The position numbers and the translations under genes were made by a program. Of a stretch of 64,000 bases of DNA, positions 36,610 through 46,688 are shown in pieces. The notes under the pieces were generated by a model. The model did not search any database, had not been told where the DNA came from, and saw nothing but the letters and a program-made list of their open reading frames with translations. Origin of the DNA: Gemmatimonadales bacterium (GTDB lineage: Bacteria; Gemmatimonadota; Gemmatimonadetes; Gemmatimonadales; GWC2-71-9); contig DASYCE010000016.1 of NCBI GenBank assembly GCA_036500345.1, positions 13,085 through 77,084 of the forward strand, in the 5' to 3' direction. Each line of letters opens with the position of its first letter. Position 1 is the first letter of the stretch.

Positions 36610-38151
36610 TCAGCCGAGCTCATACTCCTTGAGCTTCCGATAGAGGGTCCGCTCCCCGATGCCGAGGACCTGGGCCGCCTTCCTACGGTTCCCCCGATGC
36701 TCGGTCAGGACCGCTTCGATCGCCGCCCGCTCGATCTCGGCCATCGTCATTCCCGGCCGGTAGATCACGGTCGTTGGCGGCGGCTCCTCCTCCGCTGCCG
36801 AAACCGGGCCAACCGCCGCGATCGGCAGCGCCACGGGAATCGTCGGGTCGGTGACCTCGATCAGCTGCACTTCGTGATGGCGCTCGTCGATCCGCCGCCG
36901 CAACTCCTCCAGTTGTGACCGCAGCTCCATCAGCGACCTGAGGATGAACTCGAACTCGGCGCCGCCCAGCGGCCGCTCGCCGAGTTGCGTGTGTGTGCCG
37001 ATCCGCATCGGGAGGAGCGACGGTGTCCCTTCGAGGACATCGGGCGGGATGTCGCCGGCCTGAATCTCGTGCACCGGCGCCAGCACCACCATCGATTCGA
37101 TCAGGTTGCGCAGCTGGCGCACATTCCCCGGCCACGGCGCCTGCACCAGCCGCTGCATCGCGTCGGCGGCGATCCCGGGGAAGGTGCGCTCGTGCTGCGC
37201 GGTGAATTCGCGGACGAAGCGCTTGACGAGGAGCGGAATGTCGTCGCGCCGCTCGCGCAGCGGCGGGAGATAGATCGAGAGGACGTTGAGGCGATAGAAG
37301 AGATCGTCGCGGAACTCGCCGCTCGCGACGCGATCCTTGAGCGGACGGTTGGTCGCTGCAACAACGCGCACATCGACCTTGATTGGTTGCACGCCGCCGA
37401 CGCGGAAGAACGAACGGGTCTCGAGAACCCGCAGCAGCTTGACCTGCACGCTGGCGGGGATCTCGCCGATCTCGTCGAGGAAAATCGTCCCTGTGTCGGC
37501 GAGCTCGAAGCGGCCGAGGCGGCGTTCGGCGGCACCGGTGAAGGCACCCTTCTCATGACCGAAGAGTTCGCTTTCGAGGAGCGTCTCGGGGAGTGCCGCG
37601 CAGTTGACCGCGATGAACGGGCGGCCGCGGCGCGGCGAGAGATCGTGAATTCCCTTCGCGACGAGTTCCTTGCCGGTGCCCGATTCGCCCTGGATCAGCA
37701 CCGTGCTCGACACCGGCGCCATCTGCTCGATCTTGACGAGGACTTCCTGGATCGCGGCGCTTTCGCCGAAGATTCCGGTGTGGCGCTGGAGATCGCGGCG
37801 ATCGACCATCCGGTGCACCGTTGCGGCGAGTTCGTCGATCGCGACCGGCTTGACGAGGATCTCGGTTGCGGCGAGGTGGACGGCGCGACTGGTGTTCTCG
37901 GAGTCGGTCGATTCGAGCAGTGCGAGGACGGCGACTTCGTGATCGCGCGCGTAGGTGGCGAGTCCCGCGGTCGACGATTCGTGGACGCCGCCGGTGATCA
38001 CCAGGAGTGATGGGTGATCGCGGCGAATGGCGGCGCGCGCTTCGTCGAGCGACGCGGCGACGGCAGAGGCGATGCCGGAGGCGCCGAGGGCGCGGTCGAG
38101 CGGGACCGCGGTTTCGAGATCGGCGAGGGTGATGACGACTTTGGCAGTCAT
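36610..38151 (-). CDS. sigma-54-dependent transcriptional activator (NtrC-like) with atypical receiver
   Basis: GESGTGKE, ESELFGHEKGAFTGA, FLDEIGE, WPGNVRQL, C-terminal Fis HTH. Confidence 0.93.
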   Translation of the reverse strand: MTAKVVITLADLETAVPLDRALGASGIASAVAASLDEARAAIRRDHPSLLVITGGVHESSTAGLATYARDHEVAVLALLESTDSENTSRAVHLAATEILVKPVAIDELAATVHRMVDRRDLQRHTGIFGESAAIQEVLVKIEQMAPVSSTVLIQGESGTGKELVAKGIHDLSPRRGRPFIAVNCAALPETLLESELFGHEKGAFTGAAERRLGRFELADTGTIFLDEIGEIPASVQVKLLRVLETRSFFRVGGVQPIKVDVRVVAATNRPLKDRVASGEFRDDLFYRLNVLSIYLPPLRERRDDIPLLVKRFVREFTAQHERTFPGIAADAMQRLVQAPWPGNVRQLRNLIESMVVLAPVHEIQAGDIPPDVLEGTPSLLPMRIGTHTQLGERPLGGAEFEFILRSLMELRSQLEELRRRIDERHHEVQLIEVTDPTIPVALPIAAVGPVSAAEEEPPPTTVIYRPGMTMAEIERAAIEAVLTEHRGNRRKAAQVLGIGERTLYRKLKEYELG

Positions 38152-38639
38152 TGATGTGCCGTATCGCCGTGCAGGATGGCGGCGAGGTGATCGACAAGCG
38201 GTGCGAGGGTGGTGAGACCGTCGCGAACGGCGGAGGTCGACCCGGGAAGATTGACGATCAGGGTGCGGCCGCGGATCCCGGCGATCCCGCGCGACAGTGC
38301 GGCGCGCGGCGTTTCGCGGAGTCCGGTGGCGCGGATCGCTTCGGCGATCCCGGGAGCTTCGCGGTCGATCACGGCGCGGGTCGCCTCGGGGGTGTGGTCG
38401 CGCGGAGCGAGCCCGGTGCCGCCGGTGGTGATGATCAGGTCGGCGATGTCGCTGTCGGCCCACTGCATTAAGTGGTTGCTGATCTCGAGCGATTCATCAG
38501 GAACGAGGGCGCGGGCGGTCAATTCGTGATGCTGCTCGGCGATCCAGTCCACGATCGCGTGGCCAGAGCGGTCTTCGCGTTCGCCGCGGGCGCCGGCGTC
38601 GGAGATGGTGAGGACGGCGATCCTGGTTGGTGCTCCCAT
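38148..38639 (-). CDS. mog: molybdopterin adenylyltransferase MogA/MoaB family
   Basis: VLTISD, DRSG, TTGGTGLAPRD.TPEAT, NLPGS. Confidence 0.9.
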   Translation of the reverse strand: MGAPTRIAVLTISDAGARGEREDRSGHAIVDWIAEQHHELTARALVPDESLEISNHLMQWADSDIADLIITTGGTGLAPRDHTPEATRAVIDREAPGIAEAIRATGLRETPRAALSRGIAGIRGRTLIVNLPGSTSAVRDGLTTLAPLVDHLAAILHGDTAHQ

Positions 38640-38727
38640 CGTCGGTCCTCCTTCCGCTCGCCGTGGTCGGCCAGAATGGCAGCAGGAGGATAGGGTCTGT
38701 TGGGAGCGGCGGCAAGATTAGAGCGCG

Positions 38728-38882
38728 GCTGGCGTCGTGGGGCGGCCCTTCGCCGCGCCAGTCGGTCGGCTGTCGAATTCCCAAGGATCATCAACGCGTC
38801 CGTCCCGACCGAAGCCGCGCTACGGGCCCCCCACGACGCCAGCGGACGACTCGCCGCGCTACGGGCCCCCCACGACGCCAGC
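38728..38882. repeat. palindromic ~115-bp element, copy 1 (38728-38843), plus duplicated right end (38853-38882)
   Basis: Terminal IR GCTGGCGTCGTGGGG/CCCCACGACGCCAGC; internal TCGGTCGG/CCGACCGA. Confidence 0.9.
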
Positions 38883-38900
38883 CACCACTGTCATGCCCTA

Positions 38901-40373
38901 TCACGCATACCGGAACAACCGCATGAAGCCGAAATCCATGTGCAGCGTCTGGTGGCAATGGAAGAGTGTTGCGCCGGGGTCGTTTGCCACGAAGTCGACA
39001 TCCATTGCGCCGAACCCGGGGACCACGATGGTGTCCTTCATGATGCCGGAGGTGGGACGGCCGTTGATGTTCACGAGCTCGAACGAATGCCGATGCAGGT
39101 GCACCGAATGCGGGTCGTCTGCCTCGTTGCGGAACGACAACCGATAGTGGCGCCCCTGATGCAGCACGATCGGCTCGCTCTGCTCGAAGAGCGTCCCGTT
39201 GATCGGCCATCGATTGAAGCCGTGCGGGCCGCCGTTGATCTTGCCGAAGGTGAGGGCGATCGTCTCGTCCGGCGGCGGCACCGCGCCTCCCGCAGCACCG
39301 AACCTGGTGTAGTCCCACGCCTCTTCTTGCGGAGCGATCCATCGCGGTGCGCCGGTTGCGCCGGCGTATTCGACGACGATCCCCATCCCGTCGCGCCGGT
39401 CGTCGTCCTTCGGCGTGCCGAGGATCCACACTCCCGGCCGGTTCATTTCGACGACGGCATCGATCCGCTCGGCGACGCCGAGTGCGAGGACGTTCACCTT
39501 GGTCGGAGTGGGAACAGGATTGCCATCGAGTGCCACGACTTCGAACTGATGTCCCGGCAGCGCGAGCTGGATGTTCTCGGTGGCACTCGCATTGATGATC
39601 CGGAAGATGACGCGCTCGCCTTGCCGAACGCGCACCGGCTCGCCGTGGCCGAGGGACTTGCCGTTGATCGAAAAGGAGCGGTAGCCGATTTCGTAACCGT
39701 TCGGCTTGCTGTCGGTAGAGGGGGGCCGCACCGTTCCCTGCGGCCAGATCTCCGCGTCGGTCCCCATCTCCTGGGCGCCGAAGAACGGTTCCCATTCGTG
39801 CGTCACCAGAAAGACTTCGCGATCGTAGCGCCCCGGTTCGCTCGCGGGCTCGACATAGACGCCGGCGAACTGGCCAGTGTAGGTGCCGCGATTCAAGTCG
39901 GATCCGGCGAAGGTGTGGGTGTGTACCCAGCGCGTTCCCGAAGGACGGGGCGTCAACTGGTAGCGCCGCCGACCGTGCGCTGCGACGGGAGGGGTCCCTT
40001 CCTCTGCGGCGCCGTCGATCGTGGTCGGCACGAACTGGCCGTGCCAGTGCACCAGCTCGGCGGTGTCGGTTTCGTTGATCAGCTCGATGGAGACTGTGCG
40101 ACCTTCCTTGAGCCGGATGAGTGGACCGGGGACGCTGCCGTTGTATCCGATGGTGCTGATGATGTGATCGGGTGCCAGCTCCAGCAACACCGGGGCAATC
40201 CGGATCGTCACGTCAGCTGCGGACTGCGGTTGACTGGTGGTGTCTTCAGATGGAGCGTGGTCGGTGCGCTGTGATTGACGAGCGCAGCCGGCGGCGATCG
40301 CGGCGCTACTGGCGAGTCCGGTGAACATGAACTGGCGGCGCGAAAGTGATCGAGCGTAGTGGCCTGGTGTCAC
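38901..40373 (-). CDS. Tat-exported multicopper oxidase
   Basis: SRRQFM; VHWHG, WVHTH, HSVHLHRH, HCHQTLHM. Confidence 0.92.
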   Translation of the reverse strand: MTPGHYARSLSRRQFMFTGLASSAAIAAGCARQSQRTDHAPSEDTTSQPQSAADVTIRIAPVLLELAPDHIISTIGYNGSVPGPLIRLKEGRTVSIELINETDTAELVHWHGQFVPTTIDGAAEEGTPPVAAHGRRRYQLTPRPSGTRWVHTHTFAGSDLNRGTYTGQFAGVYVEPASEPGRYDREVFLVTHEWEPFFGAQEMGTDAEIWPQGTVRPPSTDSKPNGYEIGYRSFSINGKSLGHGEPVRVRQGERVIFRIINASATENIQLALPGHQFEVVALDGNPVPTPTKVNVLALGVAERIDAVVEMNRPGVWILGTPKDDDRRDGMGIVVEYAGATGAPRWIAPQEEAWDYTRFGAAGGAVPPPDETIALTFGKINGGPHGFNRWPINGTLFEQSEPIVLHQGRHYRLSFRNEADDPHSVHLHRHSFELVNINGRPTSGIMKDTIVVPGFGAMDVDFVANDPGATLFHCHQTLHMDFGFMRLFRYA

Positions 40374-40471
40374 GGTCTCTCTCCTGTGATCGGATCGTGC
40401 GCTCAGGGTCGTGCTGCGCGGGAGAGGAGACGACGAGCGGATCCATTCTCGTCACGACTGGCGGCTGGTCG

Positions 40472-41251
40472 TCAGCCACCGCGCCGCAGAAACTCCGCGA
40501 ACGCAGCGGGGAGCGACGTCGCCAGGATCGAGGTGGCGGCACGCTCCACGTCGTAGTCAATCCGGCGGAACTCAACCGTCGCTGGAAGACCGGGCGACAT
40601 CGTCATCACCACATATCCTGCGCGAGGATCGCCGTCCTTGGGACGGCCGACCGACCCGGCATTGACGAAGTCGATCCCGTCGATCGTCCGGTGCCACGAC
40701 AGATGGGTGTGACCGAAAGCAATCACGTCGCCGGCTTTCGCCCTGATTCGTTCGGCCATTTCCCGGCAGAAGGTGTCCGTGCGATCGGCGGTCCAGTAGA
40801 GGGTGTTGAGCGTTGCCGCTCCGTGGATCAGCGTCACCATCGGGCCGCTGAGATGCCCTCCGAACGGCCGCACGTCAACGCGAAACGGGAGTTGCGCGAG
40901 ACGGCGCTTCGTTTCCGGTGTGACGTTCGCCCTGGTCCATTCGAAGCTCTCGTGCGCCTGCGCTTCCTGCAACGGATTCTCGTACCTGCAGCCGCAGTGG
41001 ATGTAATCGAGCGCGACAGTCGAGTCGTAGTTGCCCGCGACTCCCGCGATGCCGCGGTCGTGCAGCAGTGCGACGACCTCGTTCGGTGACGCGCCGTATC
41101 CGACGAGATCGCCGATGTGATAGATCAAATCGACGCCACCGCGCGAGTCGATATCGGCGAGGACCCCTTCGAGCGCCGGGAGGTTGCCGTGGATGTCGGA
41201 GATCAGCGCGAGGCGCCGTGAGCCACCGGACGGTCTACTGTCGATGGTCAT
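40472..41251 (-). CDS. metallophosphoesterase (ars-cluster associated)
   Basis: SDIHGN, GDLVGYG, GNYD, FGHTH, NAGSVGRPKDGD. Confidence 0.92.
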   Translation of the reverse strand: MTIDSRPSGGSRRLALISDIHGNLPALEGVLADIDSRGGVDLIYHIGDLVGYGASPNEVVALLHDRGIAGVAGNYDSTVALDYIHCGCRYENPLQEAQAHESFEWTRANVTPETKRRLAQLPFRVDVRPFGGHLSGPMVTLIHGAATLNTLYWTADRTDTFCREMAERIRAKAGDVIAFGHTHLSWHRTIDGIDFVNAGSVGRPKDGDPRAGYVVMTMSPGLPATVEFRRIDYDVERAATSILATSLPAAFAEFLRRGG

Positions 41252-41903
41252 GCGCCGTCCCCTGGCGGATGTAGTCGTACAGGAGCACGGCGAGCGCCGC
41301 ACCGGCGATCGGTCCCGCCCAGTAGATCCAGTGGCCTTCCCACTGTCCGGTTGCGAGCGCGGGGCCGAAGGAGCGCGCCGGATTCATGCTCGCCCCGGTG
41401 AGCGCCCCGCCCATGAGCGCATCGCCACAGACGGCGAGACCGACCGCCACTCCTGCCACCGGACCGGCAACACGATCGTCAGTTGCGACTGCCATGATGA
41501 CGAGCATCAGGAAGACGGTGAGGACGATCTCCAATGCCAGCGCCGGGATCGCCGGAATGCTCGGCACCGTTGCGCTGGCGTTCGCCGCCGCGCCAATGAC
41601 GAACCGCAACAGGAACGCGGCCGCTGTGGCCCCGATGAGCTGCGACGCGATGTATGGGGCAACCTCGCGGGGCGGCATTCGGCGCGCGACGAGAAATCCG
41701 AGTGTTACCGCAGGGTTGAAATGTGCCCCGGAGATGTGACCGAGGGCGTAGATCCCCGCGACGAGGACGCATCCGAACGCGAGCGCGATGCCGACGCCAC
41801 CAACGTTGCCATGCGTGAAGGCGTTCACGCCGGCGGCGCCCGGCCCGATCAGCACGAGAAAGAAGGTGCCGACCGCCTCGGCGGCGAGCCGCGGACGAAT
41901 CAC
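41235..41903 (-). CDS. aquaporin/aquaglyceroporin (MIP), likely arsenite channel
   Basis: ISGAHFNPAVT and GASMNPARSFGP; GTG overlaps the arsM stop. Confidence 0.92.
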   Translation of the reverse strand: MIRPRLAAEAVGTFFLVLIGPGAAGVNAFTHGNVGGVGIALAFGCVLVAGIYALGHISGAHFNPAVTLGFLVARRMPPREVAPYIASQLIGATAAAFLLRFVIGAAANASATVPSIPAIPALALEIVLTVFLMLVIMAVATDDRVAGPVAGVAVGLAVCGDALMGGALTGASMNPARSFGPALATGQWEGHWIYWAGPIAGAALAVLLYDYIRQGTAHDHRQ

Positions 41904-42757
41904 GCCGCGGGCGGGCAGCAATCCGGCCCGCAGCAACTCTTCGCGAGAGGTTTCGTCGCGCGAACGAATGCGCCCATCACCCGGCCGCTCACTTCGCGCG
42001 CCAGCACTTCCGTGTTCACCCCTGATTCCTGCAGGAACGCGCGGGCATCCTCGAAGGCGTAGACGCGGGTCGGTTCGATGCTCGCGTCGACGAATCCCGC
42101 GTGGCCGAGAAAGCTGAGGAAGTCTTCTTCCGAGAGCGCACCGGCGACGCAGCCGACCCACAGTTCCATGCTGCGGCGAACTTCCGCCGGCAACTCACCG
42201 CGAACCACGACATCGGACACGGCGAAGCGCCCGCCGGGCTTGAGGACGCGGAAGGCTTCGGCGATCACGGTCTTCTTGTCGCCGGAGAGGTTGATGACGC
42301 AGTTGGAGATGATGACGTCGATGGAGTTGTCGGGGAGTGGAATGTGTTCGATGTCGCCCTTGAGGAACTCGGCGTTCATGACGCCGGCCTTCGCCTGGTT
42401 GGCTCGCGCCAGCGCCAGCATCTCGTCGGTCATGTCGAGGCCGTACGCCTTGCCGGTCGGTCCGACGCGCCTGGCCGAGAGGAGGACGTCGATCCCGCCG
42501 CCCGAGCCCAGGTCGAGGACTGTTTCGCCGGGTTCGAGTGCCGCGAGCGCGGTCGGGTTGCCGCAGCCGAGGGACGCGAGGACGGCGTCCTGTGGGAGGC
42601 AGGCGGTTTCGGAGTCGCTGTAGAGGTTGGAGGTGATTGGATCGTCGCACCCGGACGATGCGCTGCCGCCGCAGCAGCCATTCGATTCGCCGGCGGCGAC
42701 GCGGAGTGCTGCGGCGGCGTAGCGGTCGCGAACGACTTCCTTGATTTCATCGGGCAT
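41900..42757 (-). CDS. arsM: arsenite S-adenosylmethionine methyltransferase
   Basis: SLGCGNP, LDLGSGGGID, ISNCVINL, WVGCVAGAL, terminal CC pairs. Confidence 0.93.
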   Translation of the reverse strand: MPDEIKEVVRDRYAAAALRVAAGESNGCCGGSASSGCDDPITSNLYSDSETACLPQDAVLASLGCGNPTALAALEPGETVLDLGSGGGIDVLLSARRVGPTGKAYGLDMTDEMLALARANQAKAGVMNAEFLKGDIEHIPLPDNSIDVIISNCVINLSGDKKTVIAEAFRVLKPGGRFAVSDVVVRGELPAEVRRSMELWVGCVAGALSEEDFLSFLGHAGFVDASIEPTRVYAFEDARAFLQESGVNTEVLAREVSGRVMGAFVRATKPLAKSCCGPDCCPPAA

Positions 42758-42769
42758 TGGTCGACTCGC

Positions 42770-42787
42770 TATCAAGAAATGTTGATA
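42770..42787. promoter_or_regulatory. putative ArsR operator before arsM
   Basis: Palindrome TATCAA-N6-TTGATA. Confidence 0.7.
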
Positions 42788-42805
42788 TACCGATCAGAAA
42801 AAAGG

Positions 42806-43120
42806 TCAGCAGCACTTGGCAGCCGCGCGTTTCCATGCGGGAGGCGACATCGTCAGCACATCGATTATCTCCGCGATTCCTTCGGCGCGCAGCGTGTAGT
42901 ACATCCACTGCGCCTCACGCCGTGCGGTGACGAGACCGGCTTCGCGGAGGACGCGGAGATGGAACGAGAGACGCGACTGGGCCGCGTCGAGTTCGCTCAT
43001 CAGTTCGCAGACGCAGCGTTCGCCGTGCATGAGCATGCCGACGATCTGGAGACGGGTCGGATCGGAGAGCGCGTGGAATCGCTGGGCAGCGATATCGAGA
43101 TCGGCAGTGACGGCTGGCAT
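42806..43120 (-). CDS. arsR: ArsR/SmtB family repressor
   Basis: FHALSDPTRL, ERCVCEL, SRLSFHL..LREAGLV, C-terminal CC. Confidence 0.92.
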   Translation of the reverse strand: MPAVTADLDIAAQRFHALSDPTRLQIVGMLMHGERCVCELMSELDAAQSRLSFHLRVLREAGLVTARREAQWMYYTLRAEGIAEIIDVLTMSPPAWKRAAAKCC

Positions 43121-43134
43121 CAGGGGTGAATGTA

Positions 43135-43152
43135 TATCAACTAATCTTGATA
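43135..43152. promoter_or_regulatory. putative ArsR operator before arsR
   Basis: Second copy of TATCAA-N6-TTGATA. Confidence 0.7.
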
Positions 43153-43168
43153 CGTCAAGGCGTGCGTG

Positions 43169-43282
43169 GCTGGCGTCGTGGGGGCCGCTTCGCCGCGCCA
43201 GTCGGTCGGCTGTCGAATTTCCAAAGATCATCAACGCGTCCGTCCCGACCGAAGCCGCGCTACGGGCCCCCACGACGCCAGC
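43169..43282. repeat. palindromic ~115-bp element, copy 2
   Basis: Near-identical direct repeat of 38728-38843. Confidence 0.9.
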
Positions 43283-43337
43283 GCGACCGGAGCAGTACAC
43301 GAGCACGACACGGACGCGACGCGAAGTAGATTCAGGA

Positions 43338-43730
43338 ATGCATCGCCGCCCACGCCGCGGGATCACGCTGCTGCTCCTGGCAGCGACTCTGCTCAACGCC
43401 TGTGGCGCGCACTGGACGCCGGTGACGATGCCGCAGCAGAAGCCGCTCGACGAGCGCGTCGTGCTGGAGTTCCATGCGCGAGATCAGCTGATACGGCTTC
43501 ATGGCGTGAGATTCGAAGGTGACTCGCTGAGCGGGATCCCGTGGCTCGAGCACCTCTCGTGTGATACCTGCCGCGTCCACTACGCAGTGGCCGAGATCTC
43601 AGGTGCGCGGACTGGCGCGCCGGGAAATGCTGCGTGGGGACCGATCGTGCCGCTCGCGGTGCTTCTCTCACTGGCGGGGCTCGCCATCGCCGGGTGTGAA
43701 CTCAGCAGTCACTGCGGGTGGGGTGACTGA
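43338..43730 (+). CDS. hypothetical lipoprotein
   Basis: Lipobox LNAC, CDTC motif, C-terminal TM helix. Confidence 0.6.
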   Translation: MHRRPRRGITLLLLAATLLNACGAHWTPVTMPQQKPLDERVVLEFHARDQLIRLHGVRFEGDSLSGIPWLEHLSCDTCRVHYAVAEISGARTGAPGNAAWGPIVPLAVLLSLAGLAIAGCELSSHCGWGD

Positions 43731-43762
43731 GCGCAACCGCGTGCGCGTCGCAGGCGAAGCGG

Positions 43763-44833
43763 TCATTTCGCCGGCACAAAGATGCGTAGAAGCGGTTTGC
43801 CGCCGACGTTTTCGAGCGGGAGATAGACGCGGTGCGTTTTCGGGTCGACCGAGACGGTGTGTGCGTGCGGAAGCCGGAGCTCGCCCACTGCATGAAGGTC
43901 TGCGCCATCCGCCTCGAACTCGCTCACCACACCCGACTCTGACGCCACGTAGAGCCGCTGCCACTCAGGGTCCCAGGCCAGGACATCGGGGTCGCCGCCG
44001 ATACGATGCGTGCCGACGACTCGCATCGACCGCAGGTCGACGACCTGGAGCGTCGCATTCCCCTCGCCGCTCACGAAGGCGAGCCGCCCCGGCTCGTCGA
44101 GCGTGAAGCCGTGCGGATGATTGGAGGCGGGGAGATCGTAGCGCTGGACGATCCGTTCAGTCGCCGGATCGATCGCGACGAGCTGGTTGCGGGTCTGCAC
44201 CGCAACGAGGATGCAGTGCGACACCGAGTCGTAGTGGGTGTTCCCCGCCTCGCCGCCGAGCGGGATGGTGGAGCGCCTGGTGTTGGTGCGGGCGTCGATC
44301 ATCATGTCGGCGCCGCCTGACTCGTCGGAGACGAAGAGCTTCTCCTCGACTGGCGCGTAGGCGATTCCATCGGGGAAGGAGATACCGCCGACATGCGCAA
44401 CGATCTTGAGCGAACGGTCGTCGATCACGACGACCTCATGCGCGCCGGCCGCGGAGACGTAGACCGCGTGGTGCGCCGGGACCGCAAGGATGCCGGTCGC
44501 GCGCGGCGTTCCGGGAACTGTGGCGATGACGCGTGACGATTCGAGGTCGAAGACGACGACGTCGCCGGCGTTCATGTGGCTGATGTAGAGCCGCCGCGAG
44601 GCGGCGTCGATCGTCTGGTAGTCGAATCGGTTGGCCGGCCCGAGGAGCGGCCGATCAGCGACGGGGAGCAGTGGGCCGCGTGGTACGCCGGGCTTCGCGG
44701 GGGTAGCGGGCGCTGGCCATCGCCCGGGGGTCATCGAAGTCGGCGTGGCGACGCATGAGTTGCTTTGCGCCGTGAGCGTGTGCGCTGCAATCACCACTAC
44801 TGCCAGTGACGCGAACCGGAGTGACTGTGTCAC
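43763..44833 (-). CDS. YncE family beta-propeller protein
   Basis: Signal peptide; RFDYQ..D...RRLYISH, PDGIAY, AHTVSVDP.THRVY. Confidence 0.85.
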   Translation of the reverse strand: MTQSLRFASLAVVVIAAHTLTAQSNSCVATPTSMTPGRWPAPATPAKPGVPRGPLLPVADRPLLGPANRFDYQTIDAASRRLYISHMNAGDVVVFDLESSRVIATVPGTPRATGILAVPAHHAVYVSAAGAHEVVVIDDRSLKIVAHVGGISFPDGIAYAPVEEKLFVSDESGGADMMIDARTNTRRSTIPLGGEAGNTHYDSVSHCILVAVQTRNQLVAIDPATERIVQRYDLPASNHPHGFTLDEPGRLAFVSGEGNATLQVVDLRSMRVVGTHRIGGDPDVLAWDPEWQRLYVASESGVVSEFEADGADLHAVGELRLPHAHTVSVDPKTHRVYLPLENVGGKPLLRIFVPAK

Positions 44834-45020
44834 GGGCCCCTCACGGGGTGGGGATAGCCCATAGTACCACGCCGCACCGATACGAGCAACGAAGAATCGT
44901 GGTTCGCGTTGCGCGGTTCACGGCGGCGTTGAGATGACCCTTGGGCTTCAGTGGGCTGCGTCAGAATGTGTGCATGCTCACGGGGCCCTCTTGTTTCTCC
45001 CAACTCGCCGAGATGATACT

Positions 45021-45572
45021 ATGTCCATGCCGTCCCGTCTCAGGTACTCCGCAGCGATGGTACAAGCACTCCCCGACGACGGGAACCGTTACGAGACGGT
45101 TCACGGAGAGCTGCTAGTGTCGCCGACTCCAAGGCTGGCGCACCAGGTCGTGCTCCAACGGTTGGCGCTTGCCGTGCAGGAGTATCTCAAGGGAGCCGGA
45201 CTGGAAGGGATGTTCAATGTGGACGCCGACATCTCGTGGGGTCCGGAGATCCTGGTCCAGCCCGATCTCTTCGTGGCAGATCCGATGGAATTGCGACGCG
45301 CGCAGTCGTGGTCCGATGTGAAGACTTTGCATCTTGTCGTCGAGATCCTCAGTCCGTCGTCGATGCGCGCCGATCGTGTGCTCAAGCGGCGGCTCTATCA
45401 GGAGCAGCGGATTCCGACGTACTGGGTCGTCGATGTCGACAACGCGCACGTCGAGATCTGGACTCCTGACGAGCTCTTCCCGCGGACCGAACGTGAGCGT
45501 CTCGTCTGGAAGCACCCAGCGATGAGCAGCGACTGCGTTGTGTCGCTGGCGGAGCTTTTCAGGGCGTGGTGA
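45021..45572 (+). CDS. Uma2 family endonuclease
   Basis: RYETVHGEL.VSP.P...HQ, QPDL, LVVEILSPS, KRRLY...IPTYWVVD. Confidence 0.9.
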   Translation: MSMPSRLRYSAAMVQALPDDGNRYETVHGELLVSPTPRLAHQVVLQRLALAVQEYLKGAGLEGMFNVDADISWGPEILVQPDLFVADPMELRRAQSWSDVKTLHLVVEILSPSSMRADRVLKRRLYQEQRIPTYWVVDVDNAHVEIWTPDELFPRTERERLVWKHPAMSSDCVVSLAELFRAW

Positions 45573-45739
45573 GGCCCCTTGCCGGGCATCTATTGGTAGC
45601 GTGATCGATCGCGGGACGCCGTATCCCGAGCGGCATCCGTGGCCGTGATCGCCACGCCCGTCACGGCCTTTCCACCAAACGGTCCCCGGCTCGCGGCAGC
45701 AGCGCGGCGATCCCTACACTGTCAGCGTGGCTGCCGGCG

Positions 45740-45889
45740 TCAGAGGGCTGGTCGCCCGCGGACCAGTCGGAGGATGAGGACGATCAGCGCCACGATCAGG
45801 AGGATGTGGATCAATCCCCCCATGGTGTACCCGCCGATCATGCCGAGGGCCCACAGGATCACGAGAATGATGATGATGGTTTCCAGCAC
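45740..45889 (-). CDS. lmo0937-family small membrane protein
   Basis: LETIIIILVILWALGMIGGYTMGGLIHILLIVALIV. Confidence 0.85.
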   Translation of the reverse strand: MLETIIIILVILWALGMIGGYTMGGLIHILLIVALIVLILRLVRGRPAL

Positions 45890-46232
45890 GGGAACCTCGC
45901 TTCCGGAAAGCTTCGGCGCACTTGCACGTGCGCCGCAGGCGGCAGTCGGCTGCCTGGACGGTCGAGTCGCCTGATGCAGACTCGACCGGGGAGACGACGA
46001 GGAGGGTCCGCACAACACCGTATCCCGCCTGCGGGGAGCACCCTGCTCAACACATCCCGGGTCAGGGAAGGTGGTGGACGTCCATGTTGAGGGCGCCCCA
46101 TCTGCCGAACAGCCGGGATTGCGGCTGCGCCGAGCACGTGGCGAGAAGAGCAGGGACGGCTGCCAGGATTCTATCAATGATTCGACAGCAGCAGATCGTA
46201 GAATCGTTCCGGTAGGATGCGGTGCAACGTTT

Positions 46233-46646
46233 CTACTCCAGGCAAATAAGCCCGGTTCGATCCGGGGGTTGGTTCCTGGTCAGCGTATGATGCGCCGGCG
46301 GGCCTTCTCCTTCCAATCGAGTCAGCGCGAGGTACACGTCAAGTGTCGAACCTCTGACGGTGCCGGTCATGTGCACTGAATCGCCAACGTCAAAGACATT
46401 TGTCGACTGGAACCGCACGCCATGCACGTCAAACTCCCCGGCGCTGTCGACGTTCGCGACCGGATATAGGTCTACGTTACAGAACGTGCTCACGATAATT
46501 GCGTGCGCAGCTGCGGAATCGGTGATCTGAATCCTGTCTCCACCCCATTCACCGGTGAGCTGCGTCGGCGGCGGGCTCGGCAGCTGCGATGAGCAGGCGG
46601 CGATGAGCAAAGTCACAAGCAGAGTGAGTATACCTGCAGGTTTCAT
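46233..46646 (-). CDS. hypothetical lipoprotein
   Basis: RBS AGGAG, lipobox IAAC, LTGEWGG. Confidence 0.7.
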   Translation of the reverse strand: MKPAGILTLLVTLLIAACSSQLPSPPPTQLTGEWGGDRIQITDSAAAHAIIVSTFCNVDLYPVANVDSAGEFDVHGVRFQSTNVFDVGDSVHMTGTVRGSTLDVYLALTRLEGEGPPAHHTLTRNQPPDRTGLICLE

Positions 46647-46688
46647 CTATTCTCCTGCGTCGCTTCATCTGACATTCAGGCTGCCGCG

